Shown: positions 14,825 to 27,406 of the stretch, one piece after another | Numbering within the stretch: the stretch's first letter is position 1 | How the letters are laid out: each line of letters starts with the position of its first letter | From: Octopus vulgaris | Taxonomy: Eukaryota | DNA: 64,000 nt | Direction of reading: 5' to 3' | Assembly (NCBI GenBank): GCA_951406725.2 | Contig: OX597818.1 | Location: forward strand, 130,510,001-130,574,000 | The notes under the pieces: generated by a model | Databases searched by the model: none | Seen by the model: only the letters and a program-made list of their open reading frames with translations | Told to the model about the DNA's origin: nothing | Made by a program: the position numbers and the translations under genes

Positions 14825-14990
14825 TTGTTCCTCCAAAAATCCTTGACAACCGGTGTTGGTGTGTTTACATCCTGATAACTTAGTGGGTTTGGCAAAATAC
14901 AAGATCTGGGATCGATTCATTTGATTAAAAATTTTCAAGGTTGTGCCCCAGTATGGCCACAGTTTAATAACTGAAACTAGTAAAAGATAA
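14180..14990 (+). mobile_element. Two tandem family A SINEs (young 14180-14596, older 14628-14990)
   Basis: ggcgcaggag head; (taaaagag)n tail; second copy more diverged. Confidence 0.9.
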
Positions 14991-15087
14991 ATGATAAAAG
15001 ATATATATTATATATACACACACACAAATACACTTAAATATATATGCATAGATATGTATAAATGTCTTGCATTTATATATGTAGGGG

Positions 15088-15119
<32 letters not shown>

Positions 15120-15251
15120 CACGTATGTATGTATGTATGTATGTACGTATGTATGTATGTATGTATGTATGCACGTATGTATGTATGTATGTATGTACGT
15201 ATGTATGTATGTATGTATGTTTTTTAACCTCGCCAAGATAAATATTTAAAC

Positions 15252-15315
15252 CACCTGATGAATGACTGCGACTCAAAAATTTGAAGAAGTTAGCAGGCAT
15301 GAAACGATCGTAGTG
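15252..15315 (+). ncRNA. Type I hammerhead ribozyme with intact core
   Basis: cac-CTGATGA-atg.ctgc..gcag.cat-GAAA-cgatcg-TA-gtg; palindromic stem III; predicted GUA cleavage after 15312; stem I only 3 bp. Confidence 0.75.
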
Positions 15316-15441
15316 TGATATTAATTATATTTTTTTAATAATTTTGTTATATATTTAAATAATATAAATTAAATAATCTTATGTATTGGTTTAAGTTTTT
15401 CATTGTTTGATTTGCTTAATAGTGGTTTTGTCTCTAATTTA

Positions 15442-15493
<52 letters not shown>

Positions 15494-16222
15494 TGTCCAC
15501 ATAGTGGTTTTTAGCCCTAAATATACACATGTATTGGAATTTTCTCTGATTTTTCTCTGATTGTCAAGGATTGTTGGGGGAACAAACACATACACACATA
15601 CTCACATGATGGTCTTCTTTTTTATATGCTAGGCTACTGGTTTTAAATTGATATTAATTACATTAATATTCAATTTATCACCCTAATTATTTAAATGTTA
15701 TATATATATATATATACATGTGCAAGCATGTGTGTGTGTGTTTATACTTAGGTTTTTCTATTATGGCCATTCAGAGAGTGACCATTGGTTTTGCATCTAT
15801 AAAGCTTTTAGCATTATATGTATATAAATGTATATACATACGTATGTATGCATATGTATATCAACATATATAAGTATATATATGGATATATATAAATATA
15901 TATCTATGCATGTATACATATATATATGTATATAAGTATATATGGATATATCTATATATATATATCTTACATACTAAAACTGAAAATGTCTGTCTGTCTG
16001 TCTCACGGGCAGTGGAAAGCCTGCTTATCAGAGGCTTGTGTATCCAAATCGTCTGGAAGCCTTTGAATGCTTTTTGCTGTTACATTGCACAATTGTGCAC
16101 CCAGTAATCTGTATTCTTTGTGGCTTCAATTTAGGAATGACCTGTCTGAGGACTTTAGGCGAGCTTCTCAGCTTTGATTCCCTACTTTAAACATAGGTTT
16201 CACCAATACAATACACAACCTA

Positions 16223-18035
16223 GTGCTGATTGAGATAGAAAACAAAACTTTTGCTTTAGGCAGTGATGTAATGACCTCTTACGGGCTTCACCCCACTGCA
16301 AGGCCTACCTCAAATGATCTCCCTTCTGAGCTTGTTCAGAAAACATCTTATGACATTACTGAACTGTCTGCATATGTACAGATCAATGAGGCACTCTTGC
16401 TACCCAACCAGAAGCACGCCTATGACACGATCGTTCAGCAAGTCCAGGGTCGTAAAGGTGGTGTTTTCTACCCTAATGCACCTGGCGGGACAGGCAAAAC
16501 GTTCATAACTAAACTCATTTTTGCAAAAGTAAGGCTACAAATGTGCATCGCAATAGCTGTGGCAACTTCGGGCATAGCTGCTACTCTGCCCCCTAGTGGT
16601 TGGACTGCACACTCTACGTTCATGCTTCCCTTTAACCTTGCAAGTTCACCAACGCCTGTTTGCAACATTTCAAAGACGTCGGACAACAGGCAATTGCTCG
16701 CACAATGCTGCCTGATTGTTTGGGATGAATGCACAATGGCTCACAAGGATGCCCTTGAGGGACATAAAGGAGAGCTATGAACCTATGGCGGGTGTCACTG
16801 TCTTGGTATCTGGGGACTTTAAGCAAACCTTGCCAGTCATTCTGAACGGCACAAGGGTGGATGAAGTAATGGCATGTCTTAAGTCTTCACCTCTATGGGG
16901 GTCATGTTGTTACTTTAAAGTTTGAATCCAACAGAAGAGCGTGCCTCCATGAGGACCCATTGTCAGAAGATTTTGCGAGGGACATTCTCCCTCATGGCAA
17001 TAGCGAAGTTCCAGAAGACGGAAATGAAGATGTTGACATAAGTGACATTTGCACAATAGCCAGTACTATCCAGAGTCTTCAGGACCAGGTCTTCCCAGGC
17101 CTAGATGTCCACAACAGAGATCTTGATTAGCTTTGCCAAAGAGCCATTTTGGCTTCTAAAAACGTTGTGGTCAGTGCAATCAACAACAGCCTCTTACTGC
17201 ATTTGCCTGGGAACATGACAGTCTATACGTCAGTAGATACCTATTTCTTTATTACCCACAAGGGGCTAAACACAGAGGGACAAACAAGGGCAGACATAGG
17301 TATTAAGTCGATTACATCGACCCCAATGTGTAACTGGTACTTAATTTATCGACCCCGAAAAGATGAAAGGCAAAGTCGACCTCGGCGGAATTTGAACTCA
17401 CAATTCTGCTAGCTCGGCGGAATTTGAACTCACAACGTAACGGCAGACGAAATACCGCTAAGCATTTCGCCCGGCGTGCTAACGTTTCTGCCAGCTCGCC
17501 ATAGAATGGTATCTACGTCAGTAGATACCATTCCTAATCAGGATGAGGTAGTTGATTATCCCACTGAATTTTTGAATTCCTTGGAGCCTTCAGGTGTACC
17601 TCCACATGTTCTTACTCTTAAAGTAGGTAGCCCTATTATGCTGATAAGGAATTTAAATCCAATGACGTTGTGCAATGGTCATTCCAATGCCTTGTTATCA
17701 CAAAATTATTTTCCAATGCCATTCGAGCAACAATTATGAGTGTCTGTGGTAAAGGTCAAGACATCTTCATACCACGAATTCCCCTTATGTCATCAGCTGC
17801 TGACTTACCATTCACATTCCGCATAGTGCGGTTTCTGATTAGACTCAGTTACCACATGTCCATGAATAAGTCCCAGGAGCAGTCGCTGTCTGTTGTTGGA
17901 CTTTACTTAGCCGGACCATGCTTTTCACACAGTCAACTATACATTGGCTGCTCAAGAGAGGGTTGTAGGAACAGTTTATATGCCTTCATCCCCCAGGGGA
18001 AAACTAAAAATGTTGTTTATAAGGAAGTTCTGTAG
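16223..18035 (+). pseudogene. PIF1-family (SF1B) Helitron helicase, frameshifted and SINE-interrupted
   Basis: Motifs APGGTGKT, AVATSGIAATL..TAHSTF, IVWDECTM, SGDFKQTLPV, LKVGSPIMLIRNLNP..LCNG, NKSQEQSL, FSHSQLYIGCSR, TKNVVYKEVL* across five ORF pieces. Confidence 0.93.
17242..17513 (-). mobile_element. SINE family B inserted in the helicase
   Basis: Perfect 16-bp TSD tacgtcagtagatacc at 17226-17241 and 17514-17529. Confidence 0.95.
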
Positions 18036-18278
18036 ACTTGCCGTATTGGCACCATATTTCAGTCCTATGTTATTTCTGTTATAATTTTTGTTGCTTTATT
18101 TTTTCACATGATTGTTGTTGTAATATTATACGTGTGGTTCCCTTTAAGAGTTACTTCAGTGTTAGCCTTGCCATAAAGCATGAAAGGTGTTTTTTAAGGG
18201 AGGGGGTGTCAATTGCTTTATTAGTTTCCTAGCCTTTTCGAACTAACAAATCCAGGCAATGCTGGGGTATGCTTGCTA

Positions 18279-18309
<31 letters not shown>

Positions 18310-18502
18310 AGGCTTCTTTCAGTTTCTGTCTACCAAATACACTCACAAGGCTTCGGTTGGCACAAAGCTATAGTAGCAGACTTTTGCCCAAGGTGTCATG
18401 CAGTGGGACGCTGAACCCAGGACCATGTGGTTGGGAAGCAAGCCTCTTACCACCACAACAACACCTATGTATGCATATGTGTGTGTGTATATGTGTATAT
18501 AT

Positions 18503-18792
18503 GTCATCATCATCATCATCATCGTTTAGTATCCACTTTCCATGCTGGCATGGGTTGGACGGTACAACTGGGGTCTGGGAAGCCAGAAGGCTGCACCAGG
18601 CCCAGTCTGATCTGGGAGTGTTCCTACAGCTGGATGCCCTTCCTAATGCCAACCTCTGCATGAGTGTAGTGGGTGCTTTTTATGTGCCACCGGCACAGGT
18701 GCCAGACGAGGCTGGCAAATGGCCACGATCGGATGGTGCTTTTTACATGCCACCGGTATGGGGGCCAGGCAAGGCTGGCAACGGCCATGATC
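18503..18792 (-). mobile_element. RTE LINE 3' tail
   Basis: Reverse complement of the 3918-4187 tail. Confidence 0.88.
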
Positions 18793-18894
18793 GTATATAT
18801 ATATATATATATACATATATGAATATATGTATATATATAGATATAGATAGATATAAATACATATATATATATAAATATATGTATATATATAGAT

Positions 18895-19507
18895 CACGTA
18901 AAATACTCCGCACGTAAAATACTCCAATGCGACCGTACGACAGGCACCCATGCCAACCCCCTTTGCTTGTGAAGACATGTTGGGGCAAGCGAAATCGAAA
19001 TCGAATTGAACCAGCCAGGATCCCTGGTCTGATGGTACGTAAAAAGCACTATCCGACTCGTGGCCGTGGCACGTAAAATACTCCAATGCGACCGTACGAC
19101 AGGCACCCTTGCCAACCCCCTTTGCTTGTGAAGACATGTTGGGGCAAGCGAAATCGAAATCGAATTGAACCAGCCAGGATCCCTGGTCTGGTGGTACGTA
19201 AAAAGCACTATCCGACTCGTGGCCGATGCCAGCACCGCCTCGACTGGCTTCCGTGCCGGTGGCACATAAAATACACCAATCTGACCGTGGCCGTTGCCAG
19301 CCCCGCCTGGCACCTGTGCAGGTGGCACGTAAAAAGCACCCACTACACTCACGGAGTGGTTGGCGTTAGGAAGGGCATCCAGCTGTAGAAACATTGCCAA
19401 ATTAGACTGGAGCCTGGTGCAGCCTTCTGGCTTCCCAGAACCCCGGTCGAACCGTCCAACCCATGCTAGCATGGAGAACGGACGTTAAACGACGATGATG
19501 ACGATGA

Positions 19508-19510
<3 letters not shown>
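18895..19510 (+). mobile_element. RTE LINE 3' UTR with 159-bp internal tandem duplication
   Basis: cacgtaaaatactccaatgcgacc at 18911 and 19070; ends ttaaacgacgatgatg. Confidence 0.9.
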
Positions 19511-19560
<50 letters not shown>

Positions 19561-20609
19561 CACACATGTACATATATATATATATATATTATTTGTACAT
19601 TTGTAAATATTCTGGACTATATTGTTCAATCATTAGAACATCACTGAACACTTTGCGATCATATAATTTGTCATACATGTCAATACTAGATCAATCTCCC
19701 CAAGCTATTTATTACAGCCAGATTCAAACAGAAAGGAGGTATAAGCGAAATTGTTGTTTGCAATCACAAAAGTTTTCCTACAGCTCCATACGTATAACGT
19801 ATCAGTTTGGTTTCGTTTTGGTTCCTTAACATTTGTGAAACTACGTATTCATGTGTATTTAAAACCTATATCTAATGTGACATGGAAATCTTTCTTCTTC
19901 TAAGAAGCAGTTTCTACCACATAGGATTGTTTAGTGGAATAAAATTGGAATGAGCTCCCAAGCACATACACATACCGTGCACTTAATTTGCATTGAAAGA
20001 AGCCAGTCGTGTGTGTGACTTATTTCAAAGATGTTCATATGGATCTTCAAAGCATGGTGCTGTCAAACTCTGGATTATGTTTCCATTTTCAATACAGTTT
20101 GCTGTTTTCCAATGTATATTTGCACGTGCAATCAATCACTGTTGATGATGATGGCAAAGGTGGTGGTGGTGGTGGTGGTGGGGAAATGTATATCCAAAAT
20201 CAATATTTATGGATAGAATTTATGGACACAGATCGATTATGATATGCTATTTTCATACTATATTGGTAAGATTAGTTTATGGTCATTTCAGTCAGGAAAA
20301 TCAACCAGTTCTCATCCAATTATGGAGTTAAGCACTTTCAAACCTTGTTAGTTATTCAGATGGAGTTAGCCATAGATGACTGCATCAATAGGGGTGTTGA
20401 CCCTACAGGCTGAAGTATAGATGGTTTGTATCCTGTCATTAGCCATTGTACAATGACCATAATCAAAACAATGGTTCCTGGTTCAGTCTGTCTAGCTGTA
20501 AAGAGATTCCATAATATCATACACTTCCCTATTGAAAATAAGCAATAGTGTATAACAATAATGGATGTACTTTGTTAACTTGCAAGAAATAGTTCATATC
20601 CTATTAATA

Positions 20610-20826
20610 TACTCTTTTACTCTTTTACTTGTTTCAGTCATTTGACTGCGGCCATGCTGGAGCACCGCCTTTAATTGAGCAACTCAACCCCGGGACTTAT
20701 TCTTTTGTAAGCCCAGTACTTATTCTATCGGTCTCTTTTTGCCGAACCACTAAGTAACGGGGACGTAAACACACCAGCATCGGTTGTCAAGCAATGCTAG
20801 GGGGACAAACACAGACACACAAACAT

Positions 20827-20857
<31 letters not shown>

Positions 20858-21028
20858 CATATATACGACGGGTTTCTTTCAGTTTCCGTCTACCAAATCT
20901 ACTCACAAGGCATTGGTCAACCCGGGGCTATGGCGGAAGACACTTGCCAAAGGTGCCACGCAGTGGGACTGAACCTGGAACCATGTGGTTGGTTAGCAAG
21001 CTACTTACCACACAGCCATTCCTGCGCA
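20610..21028 (-). mobile_element. SINE family A
   Basis: Full-length; (tactcttt)n tail. Confidence 0.92.
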
Positions 21029-21074
21029 TATATATATATATGAGGATGATGATGATGATGAATTCTAATATTTT

Positions 21075-21510
21075 AAATCCGGGTTTGTCCCCATTAAAGG
21101 GGGTGGTGCTGGATCTACCTCACCCTTACAGCAACCGCTCTCACACCACTGCACCATCTCACCTGGTTTTGGATATCCTCCCTTCTCAAGCCAACCCTCT
21201 CAATCTCCGCCTCCACCTGATCCCTTCACGTTCTCTTTGGTCGACCTCACTTTTGTGGTTCATTCATTCTAAACTCAAGCACTCTCCTCAGAACATGATC
21301 CTCATCCCTCCACAAAACATGTCCATACCACCGCACTCCATTTGCCCTCACCAGCTGTTCCACTGATTCCTCCAACCCTAGCATCCCCATCAAGTCCTCA
21401 GCCCTCCTTTTATCCAATAGTTTCACACCACACACTGCTCACACCATTGCTCTCTCAGTCCTTAAAACTGCCATTTTCCTTTCCCTCAGACACCATGTCT
21501 CACACCCATA
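21075..21510 (-). mobile_element. RTE LINE fragment (second subfamily)
   Basis: MCGVKLLDKRRAEDLMGMLGLEESVEQLVRANGVRWYGHVLWRDEDHVLRRVLEF. Confidence 0.85.
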
Positions 21511-22509
21511 CACCATTACATATATATATATACAGGTGTAGGTGTGTGGTAAGAAGCTTATTTCCAAACTTCATGGTTCTAGGTTCAGTCTCACTGTGTG
21601 GTACATTGGACAAATGTCTTCTACTATAGCCTAAGGTTTTTCTAGCTGAGGTTGATTTGTTTGACTAAAGGCAGTGCTCTTCCAGGGACACAGTCAAATG
21701 ACTTGAACAAATATAAGAATAAAAGAATATTTATATTTTAGGAAGTTAAAAGTTATAGCCAATCACAGAGTGACCATTGGTTTGGCACCCAAAAGGCACT
21801 TAGCAGTATAGATGACTCGTCAGACTGAAATGGCAGGTGCAGGTAAGGCAGTCAAGTTGAGAGGTTTGCTTTTTGGACATGAAGTTTACAAGCATCATTG
21901 GTGTGGGTGCAGGTGCCATGTAAAAAGCAATGGTGATGGTGCCACATAACAAGCATCCAGTACAATCTGTGGAGTGGTTGACATAAGGAAGAGCATCCAG
22001 CCGTAGAAACCATACCAAAACAGATTATGGAGCCTGGTAAGGACCCTGGCTTTACCAGTTCCTGTCAAGCTGTCCAACCCATGTCAGCATGGAAAAATGG
22101 ATGGTAAATAATGATGATGATGATGATGATGATGTTGAGGAAAATGATAATCATATATATATATACGTCTTCTACTATAGCTCCAGGCAATAGTATAAAC
22201 CTTGTGAATGCCACATCTTCCAGATCATCATCATCATTTAGTGTCTGCTTTCCATGCTGGCATGAGTTAGAGGGCTTAACTGAAACTGATAAGCTGGAGA
22301 GGCGCACCAGGTTCCAATTTCATTTGGCATGGTTTCTACAGTTGGATACCCTTCTTAAAGCCAAAAAAAAATCAATAAATAAAATAAACCCTAAAAAATA
22401 GAAAAATTAAAGGGAGCCTAATTCAACTGCCGGGATGTACGGAAAGTTGATTTGTTGCTTGGGCACACAGTTCAGGTTTGTTTATGCCCTTTCTACTGCT
22501 CATCACGAG

Positions 22510-22840
22510 TGAGGGCACGTGGCTTAGTGGTTAGGGCATTCGGCTCATGATCGTAAGGTTGTGAGTTCGATTCCCGGCGATGCGTTGTGTCCTTGAGCAA
22601 GACACTTTATTTCATGTTGCTCCAGTCCACTCAGCTGGCAAAAATGAGTTGTACTTGTATTTCAAAGGGTCAGCCTTGTCACTCTCTGTGTCACGCTGAT
22701 TATCCCCGAGAACTACGTTAAGGGTACACGTGTCTGTGGAATGCTTAGCCATTTGCACGTTAATTTCTCAAGCAAGCTGTTCCGTTGATCGTATCAGCTG
22801 GGACCCTCGTCGTCGTAACCGGCGGAGTCTTTTTAGTCTT
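22510..22840 (+). mobile_element. SINE, head D + tail X
   Basis: tRNA-like head with gagttcgattccc B-box; TSD gctcatcac at 22498-22506 and 22847-22855; tail shared with 58028-58210. Confidence 0.9.
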
Positions 22841-23063
22841 TAGACAGCTCATCACTCAATTATGAAGCACAGTTGAAATTTTAATTTTTGTAGAGGCAGG
22901 TAAGCTAGTGCATACAGCGCGATGAATGGAAACAGTTAGATTTGAACTTTTGACCGTATTGTCAATTTCCAATGGCTTAGCTTACACAACATTTGTGCCT
23001 CAGTGTGTACATTAAAATATCTTAATAATAAGTGACTGACCAAACAGACAGATGCATAAGCAC

Positions 23064-23102
<39 letters not shown>

Positions 23103-23349
23103 CGTGCGTTCTCACAAGCACACACACAAATAAGACAGATATCTAATTAAAGGGAAAGACACATGGTTGCAAATAGTTATGCATAAACAAAGAATTCACA
23201 ATGGATTACATGATTCATTCAAAGTATTTCGTTTATAATAATGTTCATTCTTTCCATTGCACATAAGTGCATTACATTTAAAGGTTATATGTCAGCTTAT
23301 TTATCTATCAACCAATCCGATCTGCCCATCTGCCTGACCATCTATCTAT

Positions 23350-23379
23350 CAATGGATGTATATGTATATATGTGTGTGT

Positions 23380-23411
<32 letters not shown>

Positions 23412-23481
23412 ATGCATGTCTGTATATGTGTGTATATATGTACACACACACACGCATATATATACATACACATAAATATAT

Positions 23482-23546
<65 letters not shown>

Positions 23547-23603
23547 CATATATATATATATGTATATATATACATATACATGTATACATATACATACATA
23601 CAT

Positions 23604-23642
<39 letters not shown>

Positions 23643-23703
23643 CATATATATTCATACATATATATACACCCACATATACATGTATACATATACATACACA
23701 AAT

Positions 23704-23748
<45 letters not shown>

Positions 23749-23980
23749 AATATACATATATATATATATATATATAAATATACATATATATATATATATA
23801 CATACGTATATACATATACATATATATATATACATATGTATACACACACACATGCACACAGACACATACACATGCATGTTTATATGCATATATTCTTATC
23901 AATCTACTAATTTGTTTATCTACATACATATGTATGTAATACATATATATACGTACATGCATACATACATACATATATGC
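23350..23980. repeat. Mixed (TA)n/(CA)n/(TACA)n microsatellite
   Basis: Direct inspection. Confidence 0.97.
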
Positions 23981-23999
23981 AGTATCAGTATTTGAATCA

Positions 24000-24322
24000 A
24001 CATCTGGGTTACATGACTGAAAGCTTGATGAGATTTAAGCCATTGAAGTGTAAAACCCCCAAAGATACTGACCAACGCAAATGATTTTCACATCAATAGT
24101 GATGTAAACCACCTCAATGTAAAATGAAAACAAGGAAGCAGAGGCTCAAATTTCTCAGTTGTCCAGCATTGGCGTTTTCTTTTTCACTGATCTTTAGCTT
24201 TATGTTGACATCACCAGGGCAACTGATTTTCACAACTGTACATAGTTTCACTTCTCTTTCTGAAATCACAAAGATATTCCACCAATGCTCTTTTGTATCA
24301 ATGGTTATGGTCTCTACCACAC
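24000..24322 (-). mobile_element. RLE-type LINE fragment (second family)
   Basis: KEHWWNI..KLCTVVKISCPGDVNIKLKISEKEN..LRNL; overlaps in homology with 56420-56722. Confidence 0.6.
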
Positions 24323-24324
24323 TG

Positions 24325-25110
24325 AGGAGCTGGCAGAAATGTTAGCACGCCCCGGGCGAAATGCGTAGCCGTATTTCGTCTGTCGTTACGTTCCGAGTTC
24401 AAATTCCGCCAAGGTCGACTTTACCTTTCATCCTTTCGGGGTCGATAAATTAAGTACCAGTTATGCACTGGGGTTGATGTAATTGACTTAATCCGTTTAT
24501 CTGTCTTTGTTTGTCCTCTCTGTGTTTAGCCCCTTGTGGGTAGTAAAGAAATGGGTATTTCGTCTGCCGCTATGTTCTGAGTTCAAATTCCACCAAGGTC
24601 CACTTTGCTTTTCATCCTTTCGGGGTCGATTAAATAAGTACCAGTTACGCACTGGGGTCGATGTAATCGACTTAATCCGTCTATCTGTCTTTGTTTGTCC
24701 TCTCTGTGTTTAGCCCCTTGTGGGTAGTAAAGAAATAGGTATTTCGTCTGCCGCTACGTTCTGAGTTCAAATTCCGCCGAGGTCGACTTTGCCTTTCATC
24801 CTTTCGGGGTCGATTAAATAAGTACCAGTTACGCACTGGGGTCAATGTAATCGACTTAATATGTTTGTCTGTCCTTGTTTGTCCATTCTGTGTTTAGCCC
24901 CTTGTGGGTAGTAAAGAAATAGGTATTTTGTCTGCCGCTACGTTCTGAGTTCAAATTCCGCCGAGGTCGACTTTGCTTTTCATCCTTTCGGGGTCGATTA
25001 AATAAGTACCAGTTATGCACTGGGGTCGATATAATCGTCTTAATATCCCTTTGTCTGTCCTTGTCTGTCCTCTCTGTGTTTAGTCCCTTGTGGGTAGCAA
25101 AGAAATAGGT
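24325..25110 (+). repeat. Family B SINE expanded to four head-to-tail units of 184 bp
   Basis: gtatttcgtctg unit starts at 24370, 24554, 24738 and 24922; only the first unit has the 5' head. Confidence 0.95.
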
Positions 25111-25544
25111 AATAAGCAATATAAGTATGTATGCACTGTGTCAATAGACACTGCTGCAAACATCCGTCTTCATAATTACCAAAGCGATTAATCTATCCTG
25201 GACATAGTTATCAGCGAAAATATTCCAGCTCCTTTCATGGTGACATTGTATGAGGAAAGAAGAAGAGGATGTATTTTACTTTCCTTTGTATCCAAAATTC
25301 CCAAGAAATTTCTCCATGTTTGGTGAAGCCGTTTCAATTGTACTTGAGGAGATCATCATTTAGTTATTATACTCTCTTGGATCTTTCACACTCATTAGTA
25401 TTTGTTACTATAAGCTTTTTTTTTTTTTCTTTTTTTTGGTTTGTTTTTGTTTTTGTCTTTCTTCTTCCCGGATGGAAGTATAAGGAGTGGTCATTAATGG
25501 TGATGGCTTGAAAAGATAAGGTTTCCAGTGGTAACACACACATA

Positions 25545-25599
<55 letters not shown>

Positions 25600-25784
25600 G
25601 CTCACACACACACAAAGATACACACACACATACATGCATATATATGTATCTGTAAATATCTCTCTTTTTCTCTCTTCCTCTTTCTTTCTTTCTCTCCCTC
25701 TCTCTCTCTATATATATATATACATATACACAAACACACATATATATCTATACATATGTATGCATGTATATATGTATGTATCTA

Positions 25785-25843
<59 letters not shown>

Positions 25844-25861
25844 ATATATATATATATATAT

Positions 25862-26715
25862 CAGAAAGCTCCTACCCCTACTGGCAACAAAAGGTCTCTC
25901 CCTCAGAGCAAAAGGTAGATTGTATGATGCATGTGTGCGAACTGCCATGCTTCACGGTAATGAAACATGGGCTGTGACTGCAGAAGACATGCGTAGACTT
26001 GAAAGAAATGAAGCTAGCATGATCCGCTGGATGTGTAGTGTCAGTGTGCACGCAAAACAGAGTGTAAGTATCCTGAGAGAAATGCTGGATATAAGAAGCA
26101 TCAGATGTGGTGTGCAAGAGCGACGCTTGCGATGGTATGGTCATGTGCTGCGGATGGATGAAGAGAGATGTGTGAAGAAGTGCCACTCCCAAACAGTTGA
26201 AGGTATCAGGGGGAGAGGTAGACCCAGGAAGACATGGGATGAGGTGGTCAAGCATGACCTCAGAGCATTGGGCCTCACTGAGGCAATGGCGAAGGACCGA
26301 GATCTCTGGAGATATGCTGTGACTACAAAGACCCGGGCTGCTTTCTGCAGCAATTCCACATACCCCCTACCCATTCTAAGTACCCCGGATCCCCAAAGTA
26401 CCCTGGATCCCCAAAGTACCCCGATCCCCAAAGTACCCCGGACCTCGTTGCCCCCGTGCCGCTGACACGTTAAAATGCTCGAACCGATCATGACGATGCC
26501 GGACCCTCCGGCCCCTGTGCAGGTGGCACGTAAAAAGCACCCAATCCACTCACGGAGTGGTTGGCGTTAGGAAGGGCATCCAGCCGTAGAAACTCTGCCA
26601 GATTCAGACTGGAGCCTGGAGCGGCCCCTGGCTTCCCAGACCCGGTCAAACCGTCCAACCCGTGCTAGCGCGGAAAGCGGACGTTAAACGATGATGATGA
26701 TGATGATGATGATGA
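25862..26715 (+). mobile_element. RTE LINE, 5'-truncated, RT C-terminal ORF still open
   Basis: LLPLLATKGLSLRAKGRLYDACVRTAMLHGNETW..LERNEASMIRWMC..RRLRWYGHVLRM..RGRGRPRKTW; ~18-bp repeat aagtaccccggatcccca at 26378-26442; (GAT)n tail. Confidence 0.93.
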
Positions 26716-26817
26716 TATATATATATATATATTGTATTGTATTGGCATCCTTTCTGTCTCGGGAGACAATGGAGTTGCGCATGTTTTTTTTTTGTTTTTT
26801 TTTGCTGCTGATGATGA

Positions 26818-26857
<40 letters not shown>

Positions 26858-26861
26858 TTAT

Positions 26862-27070
26862 AGTCAATCTAAAGAAGAACAAGCAAGAAAAAACACAACA
26901 ACGTGAGGACGTGGAACAAGTTCTGTGTTATTGGACACTCAGGAAAGGAAAGAAAAGAAAGAGGATTTCACATTTTGAGTGGAGCTCTTTGTCAGAAATA
27001 TAGAAAATGTCCAAAGAAGGTTAAGACGGATAAAGAAAATCACCAACGATACACATGTGGTCACAATATG
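26862..27070 (-). mobile_element. Short Penelope-like terminal element with decayed hammerhead (26965-26999)
   Basis: Homologous to 63753-63957; minus strand attt-CTGACAA-a-gagc[tcc]actc-AAAA-tg-tg-aaat. Confidence 0.6.
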
Positions 27071-27177
27071 AAATGACTGAAAGGGAATGGGTGAAGAAAA
27101 AGTTCTATCTAAGACAGGAGAGTGCAAGTGCAAGAGATGGAGGTATGTGTGTGTATGTGTGAGTATATACATGCATG

Positions 27178-27406
27178 TGGTGAGCTGGCAGAAACGTTAG
27201 CACGCCGGGCGAAATGCTTTGCGGTATTTCGTCTGCCGCTACGTTCTGAGTTCAAATTCCGCCCAGGTCGACTTTGCCTTTCATCCTTTCGGGGTCGATG
27301 AAATAAGTACCAGTTACGCACTGGGGTCGATATAATCGGCTTAATCTGTTTGTCTGTCCTTGTTTGTCCTCTCTGTGTTTAGCCCCTTGTGGGTAGTAAA
27401 GAAATA
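27178..27406 (+). mobile_element. SINE family B
   Basis: Full-length; imperfect TSD gtatat(a/g)catgcatg. Confidence 0.92.

Larger units (their letters stand above)
15965..18279 (+). mobile_element. Helitron, internally deleted (helicase half retained, Rep missing)
   Basis: A|TC start followed by a gtctgtctgtct tract; 3' hairpin ccaggcaatgctgg (18252-18265) then CTAG|T; inserted in (TA)n. Confidence 0.85.

Noticed and set aside
16223-18035. Host PIF1 helicase gene
   Set aside because: Intronless, frameshifted, SINE-interrupted and enclosed by Helitron termini
19976-20059. Minus-strand 84-nt exon HHALKIHMNIFEISHTHDWLLSMQIKCT
   Set aside because: Good donor but no polypyrimidine tract at the acceptor; no recognisable protein
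21750-21830. Minus-strand CTGACGA at 21817-21823 as a hammerhead
   Set aside because: No downstream stem II-GAAA-stem III arrangement found
22510-22580. tRNA genes at SINE heads (also 57828, 5799, 14180)
   Set aside because: A and B boxes are present but they continue into SINE bodies with tails and TSDs; no complete cloverleaf was evident
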